From a virus (Duplodnaviria > Caudoviricetes), in the IMG/VR virus record IMGVR_UViG_3300028909_000024, positions 1-62,609 of that record: a stretch of DNA of 62,609 nucleotides. One strand, written 5' to 3'. The position numbers and the translations under genes are program-made. How positions within the stretch are numbered: the first letter of the stretch is position 1; each line of letters begins with the position of its first letter. The notes beneath the pieces were generated by a model. It worked only from the letters and a program-made list of their open reading frames with translations, was not told the origin of the DNA and ran no database searches. This document shows positions 29,381 through 38,599 of this stretch, piece by piece.

Positions 29381-29510
29381 AACGAAAACGGCTGGCGAGG
29401 GACCAACCCGCCAGCCGCTTATTGAGAGACCAGACCAACTAGGCCCACGAAACTAACCCGGTAAGGACCAGATCGGGGGACGCAACCACCTTCTCAGAAA
29501 GGCTCGCCTT
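29381..29510 (-). ncRNA. Putative antisense small RNA (OOP-like)
   Basis: Minus-strand TTGACT...TACATA promoter (~29545-29517) and terminator CGGCTGGCG-loop-CGCCAGCCG-TTTTCGTTT (~29418-29381). Confidence 0.5.
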
Positions 29511-29564
29511 CATGGTTATGTATGAGATACCCGCCGCAAGTCAAGCAACGCGGGGAATCCGTCT

Positions 29565-29732
29565 ATGAACATTCCGACAAATTGCCCTGAGTTTGAACTC
29601 GCCCGGCAGCAGATGCTGAGAGCGTTCAACCAGTGGCTACAATCCAATCCCTCCGAAGAGCAGGCTTATCAAGCAGTGGAGGAAACTCTGTCTGCAATGC
29701 AGCAATTATATCTACTGCGCACGCACGGATAG
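29565..29732 (+). CDS. Hypothetical 55-aa protein (not in the ORF track)
   Basis: RBS GGGGA; MNIPTNCPEFELARQQMLRAFNQWL... Confidence 0.55.
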   Translation: MNIPTNCPEFELARQQMLRAFNQWLQSNPSEEQAYQAVEETLSAMQQLYLLRTHG

Positions 29733-29741
29733 GCCTCGGCT

Positions 29742-30698
29742 ATGAGCTTTGTAGCTACCGTATGGGCGTGGAAGACAGGGGCCAAGGGCCTGGACAAGCT
29801 TGTCCTGCTTAACTTGGCTAACCGCTGTGATGAGATAGGAAGGACATGGCCTAGCGTGGAACGGATAGCCCAAGACTGTGGCATATCTGAAAGAGCTGCG
29901 AGAAACGCACTCGCTGAATTGGTCAGCCTTGGGTTAATAAAGGTTGAGCGCCGTCAGAGGAAAACTAACCTGTTCCACGTCCTGTTTCCTGACCTTTCAA
30001 AGGAAATCGTGGTCAATGCTCCATCGGATGCTTTGATTTCAGATACTTGCGAGATGGGTGCAGGATATGCCCCCATAAGGGGGCACGATATGCCCCCATC
30101 AGATTTAACCCTGCACGATGTGCCGAATAAGACCCATTTGACCGGCACATCAGAGCATCTTGATCGGCACATCGTGCAAAGTTTGCCTGCATCTCGTGCC
30201 CCCGAATCTAAAAGAGAATCTATTAAGGAATCTGATGCAGATTCCGGTGGCCTGTTTGGAGATGTCATTCCTTCAAAGCTGCAAAGTCCATCATCCGAAA
30301 ACGATGCATCAGGGTTTGCAGACTTTTGGCGCGCTTACCCGAGAAAGGAAGCTAAAGGGGTAGCTGAGAAAGCTTATGCTCGCGCGCTATCCCGTGGGGC
30401 AAAATCAAGCGAACTACTGACGGCTTTGAAATCCACGCAGTTCAACATGGAAGATGAAGGAAAATTTATCCCGCATCCTGCAACATGGTTGAACCAAGAT
30501 CGATGGTTGGATGTGCCGATTTCTGTCACGATTGATGGTGTCGTGAAGAGGAAATATGACCCCCGCTATTACGCACCCAACCCACCTGCGGAAGTGGCAA
30601 AACTGCCCAAGCCTCACTTTTCGCGGCCAGAATATGAGCCATGGATGGAATCGCACCATGGAAACTCCACCCCGCTACCCAAGGACGCCAAGCGATGA
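29742..30698 (+). CDS. Replication initiator (lambda O-like, N-terminal HTH)
   Basis: KLVLLNLANRCDE.G..WPSVERIAQDCGISER; FADFWRAYPRK...IPHPATWLNQDRW. Confidence 0.88.
   Translation: MSFVATVWAWKTGAKGLDKLVLLNLANRCDEIGRTWPSVERIAQDCGISERAARNALAELVSLGLIKVERRQRKTNLFHVLFPDLSKEIVVNAPSDALISDTCEMGAGYAPIRGHDMPPSDLTLHDVPNKTHLTGTSEHLDRHIVQSLPASRAPESKRESIKESDADSGGLFGDVIPSKLQSPSSENDASGFADFWRAYPRKEAKGVAEKAYARALSRGAKSSELLTALKSTQFNMEDEGKFIPHPATWLNQDRWLDVPISVTIDGVVKRKYDPRYYAPNPPAEVAKLPKPHFSRPEYEPWMESHHGNSTPLPKDAKR
30060..30232. repeat. Probable replication origin: iterons plus AT-rich tract
   Basis: GCAcGATRTGC-type units at 30060, 30083, 30113 and inverted at 30143, 30164, 30189; then GAATCT x3 in an A-rich tract. 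Confidence 0.75.
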
Positions 30699-32488
30699 AA
30701 TATGAAACAGTTCCTGGGATGCTGATTGAAAACGGCATCATGACGAAGTCTTTTCGGGCTGGTCATTCGGAGCGCATAGTTTGCCCAAAATGTGCAGGGG
30801 GAAAGACGCGGGAGAAATGCCTTAGCGTCACGATCGACAATGACGAAATGGGAGCTGTTTGGACGTGCTTCCGCGGGAATTGCGGATGGAAAGGGGGTGG
30901 TAAAGTCGGGACTGAACGAAGCGCAACCGTCTACAACATTGCCCCCAAAGTGGCTGCAAATGCCATTAAGCCGGAGCCTCATAGACCGGAAGCAATCCAG
31001 CGGGGAGATTTGCTCTATGGATTTTTTGCAGGACGGAAGATAAGCCCGGAGACGGTTGATGAGTTTGGGTGCTATTCGACAAAATCTCAGGCCCCAAAAT
31101 TCAAAGACGTTGATTTCATCGTATTCCCCTATCTCTACCGTGGGGAATTGGTTAACCGAAAGATCCGTTCAACCTGCAAGCAGTTCATGTTGCAGGACAA
31201 ATCTCCTCTCCCAACGCTCTTCAACATAGACGCGATCCAATCCCCTGATGTCGTCATTTTCGCAGAGGGCGAAATAGACGTGATGTCTCTTCATGAGGCT
31301 GGGTATCCGCAATCGGTTTCCTTGAAGGATGGCGCGCCGGCAAAGCTCAGCGAAGAGGGTTCAGACAGCAAGCGGTTTTATGCGCTGAACACCCATCATG
31401 AGTTGCTTAGCGTGGTGCAGAAATTCATCCTGGCAGGCGATATGGACGGCCCTGGGATGGTCCTACGTGAAGAGATCGCAAGGCGGCTGGGCAAGGACAA
31501 ATGCTGGCTGGTGACGTGGCCCCAAGACTGCAAGGATGCGTCAGATTGCCTTGTGAAGCACGGGCCAGACGTTGTCCGAGGTCATATCGAAGCTGCCCAG
31601 CCATATCCTCTTGAAGGGGTGAGATTAGTCAGCGGTGAAACGCTGCAGGGTTATCTGGATCTTCCTCCGCCCCGCGTGTTGTCGATGGGCACAGCCAATT
31701 CAAACGCCAAGATGAAGCTGCCAGGTGATGGCAGACTAATCATTGTCACAGGCATCCCATCCAGCGGCAAAAGCTCATGGACCATGTTTGAGATGGTTCA
31801 TTTGATGCAGGCGGAGGGGCGCAGGTTCCTCGTATTTTCCCCAGAGATGCAGCCATTCCAAGAGTTCCTAAAGGCGTGCGCCCAAATCTACTTGGGCAAG
31901 CCCACAATGTGGGGGCGGCATCTTTCCCCCGAAACCAAGATTGCTACCCGTGATGAGATAGCGGAGGCCGGGGATTGGTTGCGGGGGAAGCTTAGTTTCC
32001 TTGAAAGCGATGCCGAGGATACTGCTCCAACCCTTGAGTGGATCATGGAAATGGCTAAGAGCATGATCCTGCGTGAAGGCGTCACCGACCTGCTCATAGA
32101 CCCATGGAACGAGGTCGAGCACATGCGTGGCAATCTTACAGATGTCGATTACATCAGCCGTTCCCTGCAGCGCCTAAAGGCGTTTGGTCTTCGCCATGGA
32201 TGCAACGTGTGGATTGTGGTCCACCCCACAAAATTGCGTCCTGAGAAGCCAGGGCAGCCTATTCCAGCCCCATCAGGGTATGACATCAACGGTGGCGCAA
32301 TGTGGTTTAATAAGGCGGACATCGGGATCACCGTCCATCGTCCGACCAATGTAACAGAGGTCACCTTGTGGAAGTCTCGATTTATGCGGTGGGGCCGCAG
32401 GGACACGAAGTTTTCCATCTCTTATGATCCGGAAACGGGTCGATTTTCCGATTTTGATCTTCCCGATTTAGACGAAAATTCAGAGTGA
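30695..32488 (+). CDS. T7 gp4/Twinkle-like primase-helicase
   Basis: Zn finger CPKC...C...C, TOPRIM EGEIDVMS and DMDGPG, Walker A GIPSSGKS, IDPWNE, VVHPTK. Confidence 0.92.
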   Translation: MKYETVPGMLIENGIMTKSFRAGHSERIVCPKCAGGKTREKCLSVTIDNDEMGAVWTCFRGNCGWKGGGKVGTERSATVYNIAPKVAANAIKPEPHRPEAIQRGDLLYGFFAGRKISPETVDEFGCYSTKSQAPKFKDVDFIVFPYLYRGELVNRKIRSTCKQFMLQDKSPLPTLFNIDAIQSPDVVIFAEGEIDVMSLHEAGYPQSVSLKDGAPAKLSEEGSDSKRFYALNTHHELLSVVQKFILAGDMDGPGMVLREEIARRLGKDKCWLVTWPQDCKDASDCLVKHGPDVVRGHIEAAQPYPLEGVRLVSGETLQGYLDLPPPRVLSMGTANSNAKMKLPGDGRLIIVTGIPSSGKSSWTMFEMVHLMQAEGRRFLVFSPEMQPFQEFLKACAQIYLGKPTMWGRHLSPETKIATRDEIAEAGDWLRGKLSFLESDAEDTAPTLEWIMEMAKSMILREGVTDLLIDPWNEVEHMRGNLTDVDYISRSLQRLKAFGLRHGCNVWIVVHPTKLRPEKPGQPIPAPSGYDINGGAMWFNKADIGITVHRPTNVTEVTLWKSRFMRWGRRDTKFSISYDPETGRFSDFDLPDLDENSE

Positions 32489-32491
32489 CAC

Positions 32492-32510
32492 TGAGCGCAA
32501 TTTGCGCTCA
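32492..32510. promoter_or_regulatory. Palindromic operator copy 1
   Basis: TGAGCGCAATTTGCGCTCA, directly after a GTGACA -35-like hexamer. Confidence 0.75.
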
Positions 32511-32546
32511 TATATGGTCTATAACCTAGATATGTCCGGACCAGAC

Positions 32547-32780
32547 ATGCCAAGAGATAACAATGAATTCTGTGTTTATTTTGATGCCGGGAACAAGCCC
32601 TTAGCTAAATTTCATGATTATAAATCCGCTGAAGAATATGCCCGAAAAATATACCCAGTATTTGGGCATAAGGGCACGCTCACCATCGAAAGGAATGACC
32701 TGATTCTAGGGACGCTTCGCAAAGATGGGGATGCCCGGTTGTGGTGCGATCTCACCTTTGAAGGGTGCAAGTTTGCATGA
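32547..32780 (+). CDS. Hypothetical protein
   Basis: First ORF after the operator; start uncertain. Confidence 0.55.
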   Translation: MPRDNNEFCVYFDAGNKPLAKFHDYKSAEEYARKIYPVFGHKGTLTIERNDLILGTLRKDGDARLWCDLTFEGCKFA

Positions 32781-32965
32781 ATTGGAACCAGCCTGATCGG
32801 TTGTGTTTCGAGTGTGGGACCGCAGGTGTTTTTGTCATTGCGTTCAATTGGTCAAAGACCTTTCCAACCGATGCTGTATTTTGCAGCTATGAATGTGCCA
32901 AGCTAAACGGCTGGCCATGGATTCCTGAAAGTGAAAAGAAAAATGAAAAACCCAAATCTGACTGA
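32777..32965 (+). CDS. Small Zn-finger protein
   Basis: CFECG...FCSYEC; ATGA coupling. Confidence 0.55.
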   Translation: MNWNQPDRLCFECGTAGVFVIAFNWSKTFPTDAVFCSYECAKLNGWPWIPESEKKNEKPKSD

Positions 32966-33437
32966 CGAAAAGCGACAGCAGATCATTGATCTATGGGCCG
33001 CAGGGACATCAGCATCTGAAATTGGCCGCATCGTCGGATTCACAAAGAACATGATCATGGGCTATGTGCGCCGCTGGGATTTGCCCACGCGGAAAAATCC
33101 GATCACCGGGGTTGTCCCTGCTGAGCGCAAAGCTTGGGTCCAGAAAAGCGCCGCGCAACGCTTAGCCGAACGGGCAGAACATGAAGCCAAAGCGGCAGAA
33201 CTCAGGGCTAAATTGGAAGCTGAGCTATTTACCCCTACGGCTACAACATCTGATCCCCCCGAACCCATTGTGGTCCGGCTTTCCCCTCAGACCAAAAGGA
33301 CGTGCCAGTGGTTGAATGGTGACCCGAGAAAGCTGGATTTTTGCGGTTGTGATGCGGTGCCAGGGAAGCCTTATTGCGAAACGCATGTAAGTCGGGCTTA
33401 CGTTAAAATCGTAGCGCGTGATTTAGCTCGCGTATGA
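32943..33437 (+). CDS. gcrA: GcrA-family transcriptional regulator
   Basis: LWAAGTSASEIG..VGFTKNMIMG...R; TCQWLNGDP...FCG....GKPYCETH..RAY. Confidence 0.88.
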   Translation: MKNPNLTDEKRQQIIDLWAAGTSASEIGRIVGFTKNMIMGYVRRWDLPTRKNPITGVVPAERKAWVQKSAAQRLAERAEHEAKAAELRAKLEAELFTPTATTSDPPEPIVVRLSPQTKRTCQWLNGDPRKLDFCGCDAVPGKPYCETHVSRAYVKIVARDLARV

Positions 33438-33451
33438 AGGAAAAGCATTAA

Positions 33452-33832
33452 ATGCCGCGTCTGTGCTTTGAGTGTGGGGGAGAAGTCACAACCCCAGTCC
33501 GGTGTGGGCAGGGGAGCGGTGTCTCGCTTTGCAGCATCCAGTGCGCCAAGAACATGGGGCTATCGTGCGAAGATGATGGGCCGACATGGAAACAAAAGGT
33601 GGCCGATCGCCATAAGCTTTGGGCGGAAAAGGCCAAGCGCCTTGAGGCCGCACGCAAGGCTGTAGGCTGGAATAGGCGGGAACTGGTGCGACAATACCCC
33701 GCCTATGCCGAAGTCACTATCAGGGCCATGGAATCAGGCCGCAGAAGCGTCCCTGATGATCTGCTGAATTGGATTGAGCGCCTGGCTAAAGCCCATATCA
33801 AAAACCCGGCGCCCACCCGATCAGCGAATTGA
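33452..33832 (+). CDS. Zn-finger plus XRE-type HTH protein
   Basis: CFECG...CSIQC; ARKAVGWNRRELV...TIRAMESGRRSVP. Confidence 0.7.
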   Translation: MPRLCFECGGEVTTPVRCGQGSGVSLCSIQCAKNMGLSCEDDGPTWKQKVADRHKLWAEKAKRLEAARKAVGWNRRELVRQYPAYAEVTIRAMESGRRSVPDDLLNWIERLAKAHIKNPAPTRSAN

Positions 33833-34117
33833 TATGCCGCGTGGCCGCCCTCGGTTGGGTTGGTTCACGCGGATTTCGCAGGGAAGATCCTGCTTTTCTG
33901 CTTCGGATTGCACATAGGTTGCACCTGTTCCCCTCGCGATGATGTCGGGACGCTCTTTAAGCCGACGCACCGCAACCAAAATCCCAGTCGCCGCGCCTTC
34001 CATGGCGCCCCCTTGGTTCTCTGGGAATCGTTCGTGGTAATCATCCCAGCCTGCAATTGTGACCGTGACGGCCCATGCATGGTTGGTCATGCTGAGACGG
34101 ATCTCGCAATTGGACAT
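33821..34117 (-). CDS. Hypothetical protein
   Basis: RBS GAGGA; last gene of a leftward unit. Confidence 0.5.
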   Translation of the reverse strand: MSNCEIRLSMTNHAWAVTVTIAGWDDYHERFPENQGGAMEGAATGILVAVRRLKERPDIIARGTGATYVQSEAEKQDLPCEIRVNQPNRGRPRGISIR

Positions 34118-34121
34118 GGGG

Positions 34122-34394
34122 TTAGTCCTCGCTCTTGACGATCTGCAGATGCAGTCCTGGCGCCGCAAATGCCATGATGCGTCCGCTGTCAAACCCAGTT
34201 GGGAAATAGAGCTGAGCGCCAGCATCCGCAGTGCTGACAAGCATCATGTCTTTAGGGCGGATTTTGTCGCCAGCGTCCAAGAAATAATCAGGGTCAGTTA
34301 CCTCTGTGATGGTGTCGTCGCCAGCGTCATAACGCCACATCGTGAAACGATCTGCGCGTGAAAGAACAATCAATTTGTAAGGGATGAATGGCAT
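34122..34394 (-). CDS. Conserved-type hypothetical protein
   Basis: L.VLS.A..FT.W.Y...D....V..P.YF pattern; RBS GGGGA. Confidence 0.55.
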   Translation of the reverse strand: MPFIPYKLIVLSRADRFTMWRYDAGDDTITEVTDPDYFLDAGDKIRPKDMMLVSTADAGAQLYFPTGFDSGRIMAFAAPGLHLQIVKSED

Positions 34395-34470
34395 TTTTCT
34401 GTCTCTTCCCCTGATTGGCCCGAGGAGCGGCGTGCAGAAAATAGGCGCAATCTGCGCTGTCTGCAAACAC

Positions 34471-34500
34471 AAAAAACCCGGCAGTTTGCTGCTGCCGGGC
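34471..34500 (-). terminator. Rho-independent terminator
   Basis: CCCGGCAG-loop-CTGCCGGG followed by a T-tract on the minus strand. Confidence 0.8.
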
Positions 34501-34561
34501 TAGTTTCGGGAGATGCCATCCAAGAAAACAGCACGATCAAAGACCGCCGCTGGTGGATCTT

Positions 34562-35023
34562 TCATACCTGTGAGGGTGGTGTCGTTGCAAGATAGATCAT
34601 CGCCAAACGTGCTGCGATCAGGGGTAAATCGACGTTATATTTTGCGGCAAAGGTGTCGCGGCCGATCGCATGGTATTCTCGATGATGACCAAGGCAAAGG
34701 CTCACAACTGATCCAAGGTCTTTAGGCTTGATAGAAGTGCCAGAATTTTCGGCTGTCCGAAGATGGTGAGCTTCCATCCCACCTATGCAGCTACGCCCTT
34801 TGCACGCACAGGGCTGAGTGCGCACATAAGCAAGGAACGGAAGGTTTTGGCCAGCTCTTGGCTTCTTCGGGCGCTTTGAGTCCTTTAGCTCAATCGGGGA
34901 GCAGGTCAGACATAGGCGCGGCCTGAGAGGTGGGAAACGCACTTCGTCACGTCCCTTGCGGCATTGGCGGCAGACGGCATTCAGGGAACGCTGGCGTAGG
35001 CCAGTGGAACGGTTAAGGTTCAT
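34562..35023 (-). CDS. DUF968/HNH-like nuclease
   Basis: FLAYVRTQPCAC...EAHH...K..D...VSLC..HHREYH. Confidence 0.75.
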   Translation of the reverse strand: MNLNRSTGLRQRSLNAVCRQCRKGRDEVRFPPLRPRLCLTCSPIELKDSKRPKKPRAGQNLPFLAYVRTQPCACKGRSCIGGMEAHHLRTAENSGTSIKPKDLGSVVSLCLGHHREYHAIGRDTFAAKYNVDLPLIAARLAMIYLATTPPSQV

Positions 35024-35544
35024 TTGTCTCCTTTGGGCGCGGTCCAATCCCATGGGGCTTTGCCGGGCTCTTTGTCGGCGCGTTGTGTCACAAGCCACCC
35101 ACGGCAAACTTCTGTGGCTTTTCCATCCACCATATTGTGGTGGCACATAAAAGGAACACCTTCAATCACACACTTGATGGCATCCAAGACAGTTTCAGGG
35201 CACCCATTTGGCACCGTCCCTTCGCGAAAAGCGCAAGATGAGCAACGGTCAGGGACTAATGCCATTGCCTCTGGACATTTTTCCCAAGCATCCTTTACCT
35301 CGCTCTGCGGGCGGGCGGACCAGGCGGCGAGCGCCAGTTTCGCCGCGTCCGTTGCGGCTTTCAGTGTCTCGGTCTGGTCGGAATGCACAAGGTCAACGCG
35401 CTCGCCATCATCGGCCTGGATGGAAATACGGCGACCATTCTTGGCGACATAGCTTGTCTCGCGAAACATCTCGACATTCTCGGCAGCAGCTATCAGGGCC
35501 TCAAACGCCGCTCGCACCTGCGCCTCTTGGGTTTGGGTGGTCAT
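35020..35544 (-). CDS. Hypothetical Cys-rich protein
   Basis: RCSSCAFREG...FMCH...CRGW; RBS GGAG. Confidence 0.6.
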   Translation of the reverse strand: MTTQTQEAQVRAAFEALIAAAENVEMFRETSYVAKNGRRISIQADDGERVDLVHSDQTETLKAATDAAKLALAAWSARPQSEVKDAWEKCPEAMALVPDRCSSCAFREGTVPNGCPETVLDAIKCVIEGVPFMCHHNMVDGKATEVCRGWLVTQRADKEPGKAPWDWTAPKGDK

Positions 35545-35570
35545 GGTGTGATCTCCAATATGGGAATGCG

Positions 35571-36416
35571 TCATACGCCGCATCCTGAATCTTCGCAGGG
35601 AATATGCCGCTCATTCAGGTCAAACGGCAGAGACCCCTGATCTCGGATGACACGCTCCATGGTCGCATAGTCTTCCCGATCTGCGCGGAACGTTCCGCCA
35701 GCGCCGACACCATGCGGGATAGCCTCCATCTGCGGCCACCAAGCCATGCGGAGCGGATGATCCTTGATCATGCGCGAGATAGCAGCGCGATTTTTCAGGA
35801 AGCATCCATCGCAGTTTCCTTCCCAAGGCCCTTTGAGGCGAAGGTCGAATGGTTGCTCTCGCCAAAACTCGAACACTTGTTCTTCGGTGATACCAGCCTC
35901 AGCTAAAGGGCACGCGTTATGCCACCGGTCTTTTTTGGTGCGTTCACGGTCTAACGCCCTGGCGACCCGCTTGGGCTCATCAGCACGAAGGCCAACAAGG
36001 CTCAACCAGTGCGTCCAGCCGAGCGATTGCAAAAACCGCTTTTGAGTGCGGATCTTCAGTTCAATGGTGCAGAACCGGCTGACAGGATTTGGAAGCATGG
36101 ACTTGCTTCGCAGCATCGCCTCGAACGGCTCACCATTTCGACTAGTCGAGTTATGGTTCACCTCGATGACGATCGGACCAGAGGCCGATCTGGAATATTC
36201 CAGCCAGCGAACGGTCACATTCCAAGCTGATGCGCAATCTCGGACGAAGTCCAGCGTCGCCGGCATCTCGCGCCCGGTATTAGCGAAGCACACCACGACA
36301 TCAGGAGGCAGCGCGCCCCCATGTGCTTGGAGGATGCGCCAGAGCATGTAGGCCGATGTCCGTCCACCACTGAACGAGACAACAGCAGGCCCAGTAATGA
36401 AGAACGGATCAGCCAT
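35571..36416 (-). CDS. PAPS reductase family protein (NinC-like)
   Basis: VVSFSGGRTS PP-loop, FANTGRE, RFCT.ELK, GLRADE, GNCDGCFLK. Confidence 0.88.
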   Translation of the reverse strand: MADPFFITGPAVVSFSGGRTSAYMLWRILQAHGGALPPDVVVCFANTGREMPATLDFVRDCASAWNVTVRWLEYSRSASGPIVIEVNHNSTSRNGEPFEAMLRSKSMLPNPVSRFCTIELKIRTQKRFLQSLGWTHWLSLVGLRADEPKRVARALDRERTKKDRWHNACPLAEAGITEEQVFEFWREQPFDLRLKGPWEGNCDGCFLKNRAAISRMIKDHPLRMAWWPQMEAIPHGVGAGGTFRADREDYATMERVIRDQGSLPFDLNERHIPCEDSGCGV

Positions 36417-36955
36417 CACTCCCCTCCCGCGCGGGCGCTCTGGCCGAGAGCGGCGCGTGCGATGCGACGGATTACGAACATTCCAACCGTCAGCCCCCAC
36501 GCCTCCTTCTCGATTTCCTGCAAAGCCGCCTTCTGCTGCTCAATCAGCACATTTGCCGATGCGATCTGCGCCGCGTGCGTCGCCTCAAGCTCGCGGATGC
36601 GGTCGTTCAAGGCGGCAATCGTCGCATCCTTCTCGCGGCACTGGTTGCCCAAGGCGTCCATCGTGTCCCACGCATCCTTGACCTCGGCAGCGAGCTTTGC
36701 GTTTTCGGCACGCGCCGCTGCCAGATCGGTTGCGTCCGTGGGTGATGCCTGTCCCCGGTAGTTCCATTCGAGCAAATGCGCCGTCACAGGTGAACTGCCA
36801 CTTCCAGTCGATGTCCTAAGCCACTCAGGGGTCGGTGAACTGAACCACCTCCAGACCTCAAGGCCCTGCCTAGGATGCTCTACCCAGTGCAAACTGCCAT
36901 CCTCCGCACCCTCGGGTGGCACGCATGCCGGTAACGCCATCAAATGCTGCGTCAT
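36416..36955 (-). CDS. Hypothetical coiled-coil protein
   Basis: Coupled in operon. Confidence 0.6.
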   Translation of the reverse strand: MTQHLMALPACVPPEGAEDGSLHWVEHPRQGLEVWRWFSSPTPEWLRTSTGSGSSPVTAHLLEWNYRGQASPTDATDLAAARAENAKLAAEVKDAWDTMDALGNQCREKDATIAALNDRIRELEATHAAQIASANVLIEQQKAALQEIEKEAWGLTVGMFVIRRIARAALGQSARAGGE

Positions 36956-37209
36956 AGCGCGGGCTCCATTTTACGCTTAACGGGAACTGCGTTTTTCAGC
37001 GCGCTGCACATGGCCGCACCTGCTGCGAACAACGTGTGCATTTCTGAGCTTTGTTCCATAGGCTGAATGCAAACAGATCGCATGCCAGAACCTGACCGGA
37101 TATAGACCCAAACCGGGGCGTTGGCCCAACCTGGACCTGAAACATACTGTGGGACACAAGCAACGATTTCTTCATCCCGAGCAAGAGCAATCGCAGTTGG
37201 TTTTTTCAT
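36952..37209 (-). CDS. Hypothetical protein
   Basis: ATGA couplings at both ends. Confidence 0.6.
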   Translation of the reverse strand: MKKPTAIALARDEEIVACVPQYVSGPGWANAPVWVYIRSGSGMRSVCIQPMEQSSEMHTLFAAGAAMCSALKNAVPVKRKMEPAL

Positions 37210-37589
37210 GGCGCGGGCTCCTGGATGAGGGGGAGTTCTGGGCCGCGATCGTCTTCTAGGACGCTCTCGATGAAATCCCAGACCGTTTCGTTTACAGAAA
37301 TGCCTTTCGGCATGAAAAGCGTGTCAGACGCTTCATGCTTTATGGCCTCTTGGACATCACGAAGAGCGCTTTTGAGATGAGATATCTGCTGCTGTTCCGC
37401 CTCGATATGGCGGATGGCGATGGTAGCACAAATTGATATGGACCATCTCGGAGCAGAGTTGCGATCTTCCCACATAGACCGCCACAATTTGTCGCTTAAT
37501 TTGCTTCCAGCCATCTTTTCAGCCATCTCCCGCGCCATCGCCTCCACCGCATCCGGCGCGGGCTGCTGTGCGGGCTGGGTGGGGGTCAT
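37206..37589 (-). CDS. Hypothetical protein
   Basis: ATGA coupling; RBS AGGAG. Confidence 0.6.
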   Translation of the reverse strand: MTPTQPAQQPAPDAVEAMAREMAEKMAGSKLSDKLWRSMWEDRNSAPRWSISICATIAIRHIEAEQQQISHLKSALRDVQEAIKHEASDTLFMPKGISVNETVWDFIESVLEDDRGPELPLIQEPAP

Positions 37590-37792
37590 GATTGTGCTCC
37601 TTGATCAAGCCGGAGGCGGGGATCGCGGTAACCATCGACCTTGCAGCGCTGTCCGGGCAATAGGATTGATGCGTTGGTTTTAGGGCGAAGGATGTGACAC
37701 TGAGGGCATTCACGCCCTAACGACCTGCGTTTCTCAGTGCGGGCATCCCGCACATCCCGGTAAAATGCTCCCATGCTTTCGTCTTCGGTCAT
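37586..37792 (-). CDS. Small Zn-ribbon protein
   Basis: CPQC...C motif; coupled. Confidence 0.55.
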   Translation of the reverse strand: MTEDESMGAFYRDVRDARTEKRRSLGRECPQCHILRPKTNASILLPGQRCKVDGYRDPRLRLDQGAQS

Positions 37793-37964
37793 GGCGAAGC
37801 CTTTGCAACAAGCTTGGCTTGAGCAATCGCAGGCAGAACAGATACAGTGCGCTCGGCTGCGACGTAGCCAGCCACGGGGGCGGCGGTCGCGAGGATGAGG
37901 CGGGTCATGGTGCCCTCGGGGCCTGGATAGCTTCGAGGTTGATCAGGTAATAACCACCACAAGC

Positions 37965-38195
37965 TCACGACACCACCTCCTCAGCCGGCCACCCAAGCTT
38001 GGCGCGGCGGATGAACTCGTGACCGCGAGGGGTGAGTGTGCCGCCCGTGTGATCCACCAAGCCGATTTTCTGGAGGCTATCGACTGCGCCCATAAGGATG
38101 TCTCTGTCGCAGCCGAGGCGCTTTGCCGCGTCCCAGTATGTTGGTGCCCCACAATTGACCCGCAGCACGTCTTCCACCGTTGCGATAAGCATCAC
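37965..38195 (-). CDS. Winged-HTH-like protein
   Basis: AAKRLGC...AVDSLQKIGLV....LTPRG; RBS GGAGG. Confidence 0.55.
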   Translation of the reverse strand: MMLIATVEDVLRVNCGAPTYWDAAKRLGCDRDILMGAVDSLQKIGLVDHTGGTLTPRGHEFIRRAKLGWPAEEVVS

Positions 38196-38437
38196 ACCAC
38201 CTCCTTCCTCATTGCATCCTGGCGATCCCGAACCGCATTGATCGCCGAAAACCCCTCGGCATATGCGATATCCTCGGCAAACGCGTCTGATGATGTTGGT
38301 GCCAGTTCATCCGCTAGAGCGGAGTAGCGCTCGGAAATGCCCGGCTGATCTTCGTTGTCTCGGATCAGGTTCAGCAGGACTTCCTTGGCGCGCTCAATCC
38401 GGGCATAGGCGGACCAAGAATATGCGGCGTCGGTCAT
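38192..38437 (-). CDS. Hypothetical protein, first gene of the leftward early operon
   Basis: Downstream of a TTGACA promoter and operator. Confidence 0.6.
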   Translation of the reverse strand: MTDAAYSWSAYARIERAKEVLLNLIRDNEDQPGISERYSALADELAPTSSDAFAEDIAYAEGFSAINAVRDRQDAMRKEVV

Positions 38438-38496
38438 GGCGTGGCCCTCGGCGGTTGGAGGGCGCTGCCCTCTGTGGTTGTGATTTAATAACGCTT

Positions 38497-38538
38497 GAAA
38501 CTGAGCGCAAATTGCGCTCTATTAAGCGGGCTGTCAAC
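38497..38538 (-). promoter_or_regulatory. Leftward promoter with palindromic operator copy 2
   Basis: Minus-strand TTGACA-17-CAATTT overlapping GAGCGCAAATTGCGCTC (38503-38519). Confidence 0.75.
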
Positions 38539-38599
38539 ACCAAATTTGCAAAGGCTTCCCTTAAAAATGTTCGATGGAATTGACCTGATAAAGCCTCGG

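Noticed and set aside
30060-30232. Mini CRISPR array
   Set aside because: Repeats are short, of mixed orientation, have very short spacers and lie in-frame within the initiator gene, so iterons explain them better; no cas genes
35571-36416. Sulfur-assimilation auxiliary metabolic gene (cysH)
   Set aside because: Context among small early genes and a NinC-like pattern; no other sulfur pathway genes
38485-38499. CtrA box (TTAA-N7-TTAA)
   Set aside because: Second half is TGAA; a single imperfect match is expected by chance
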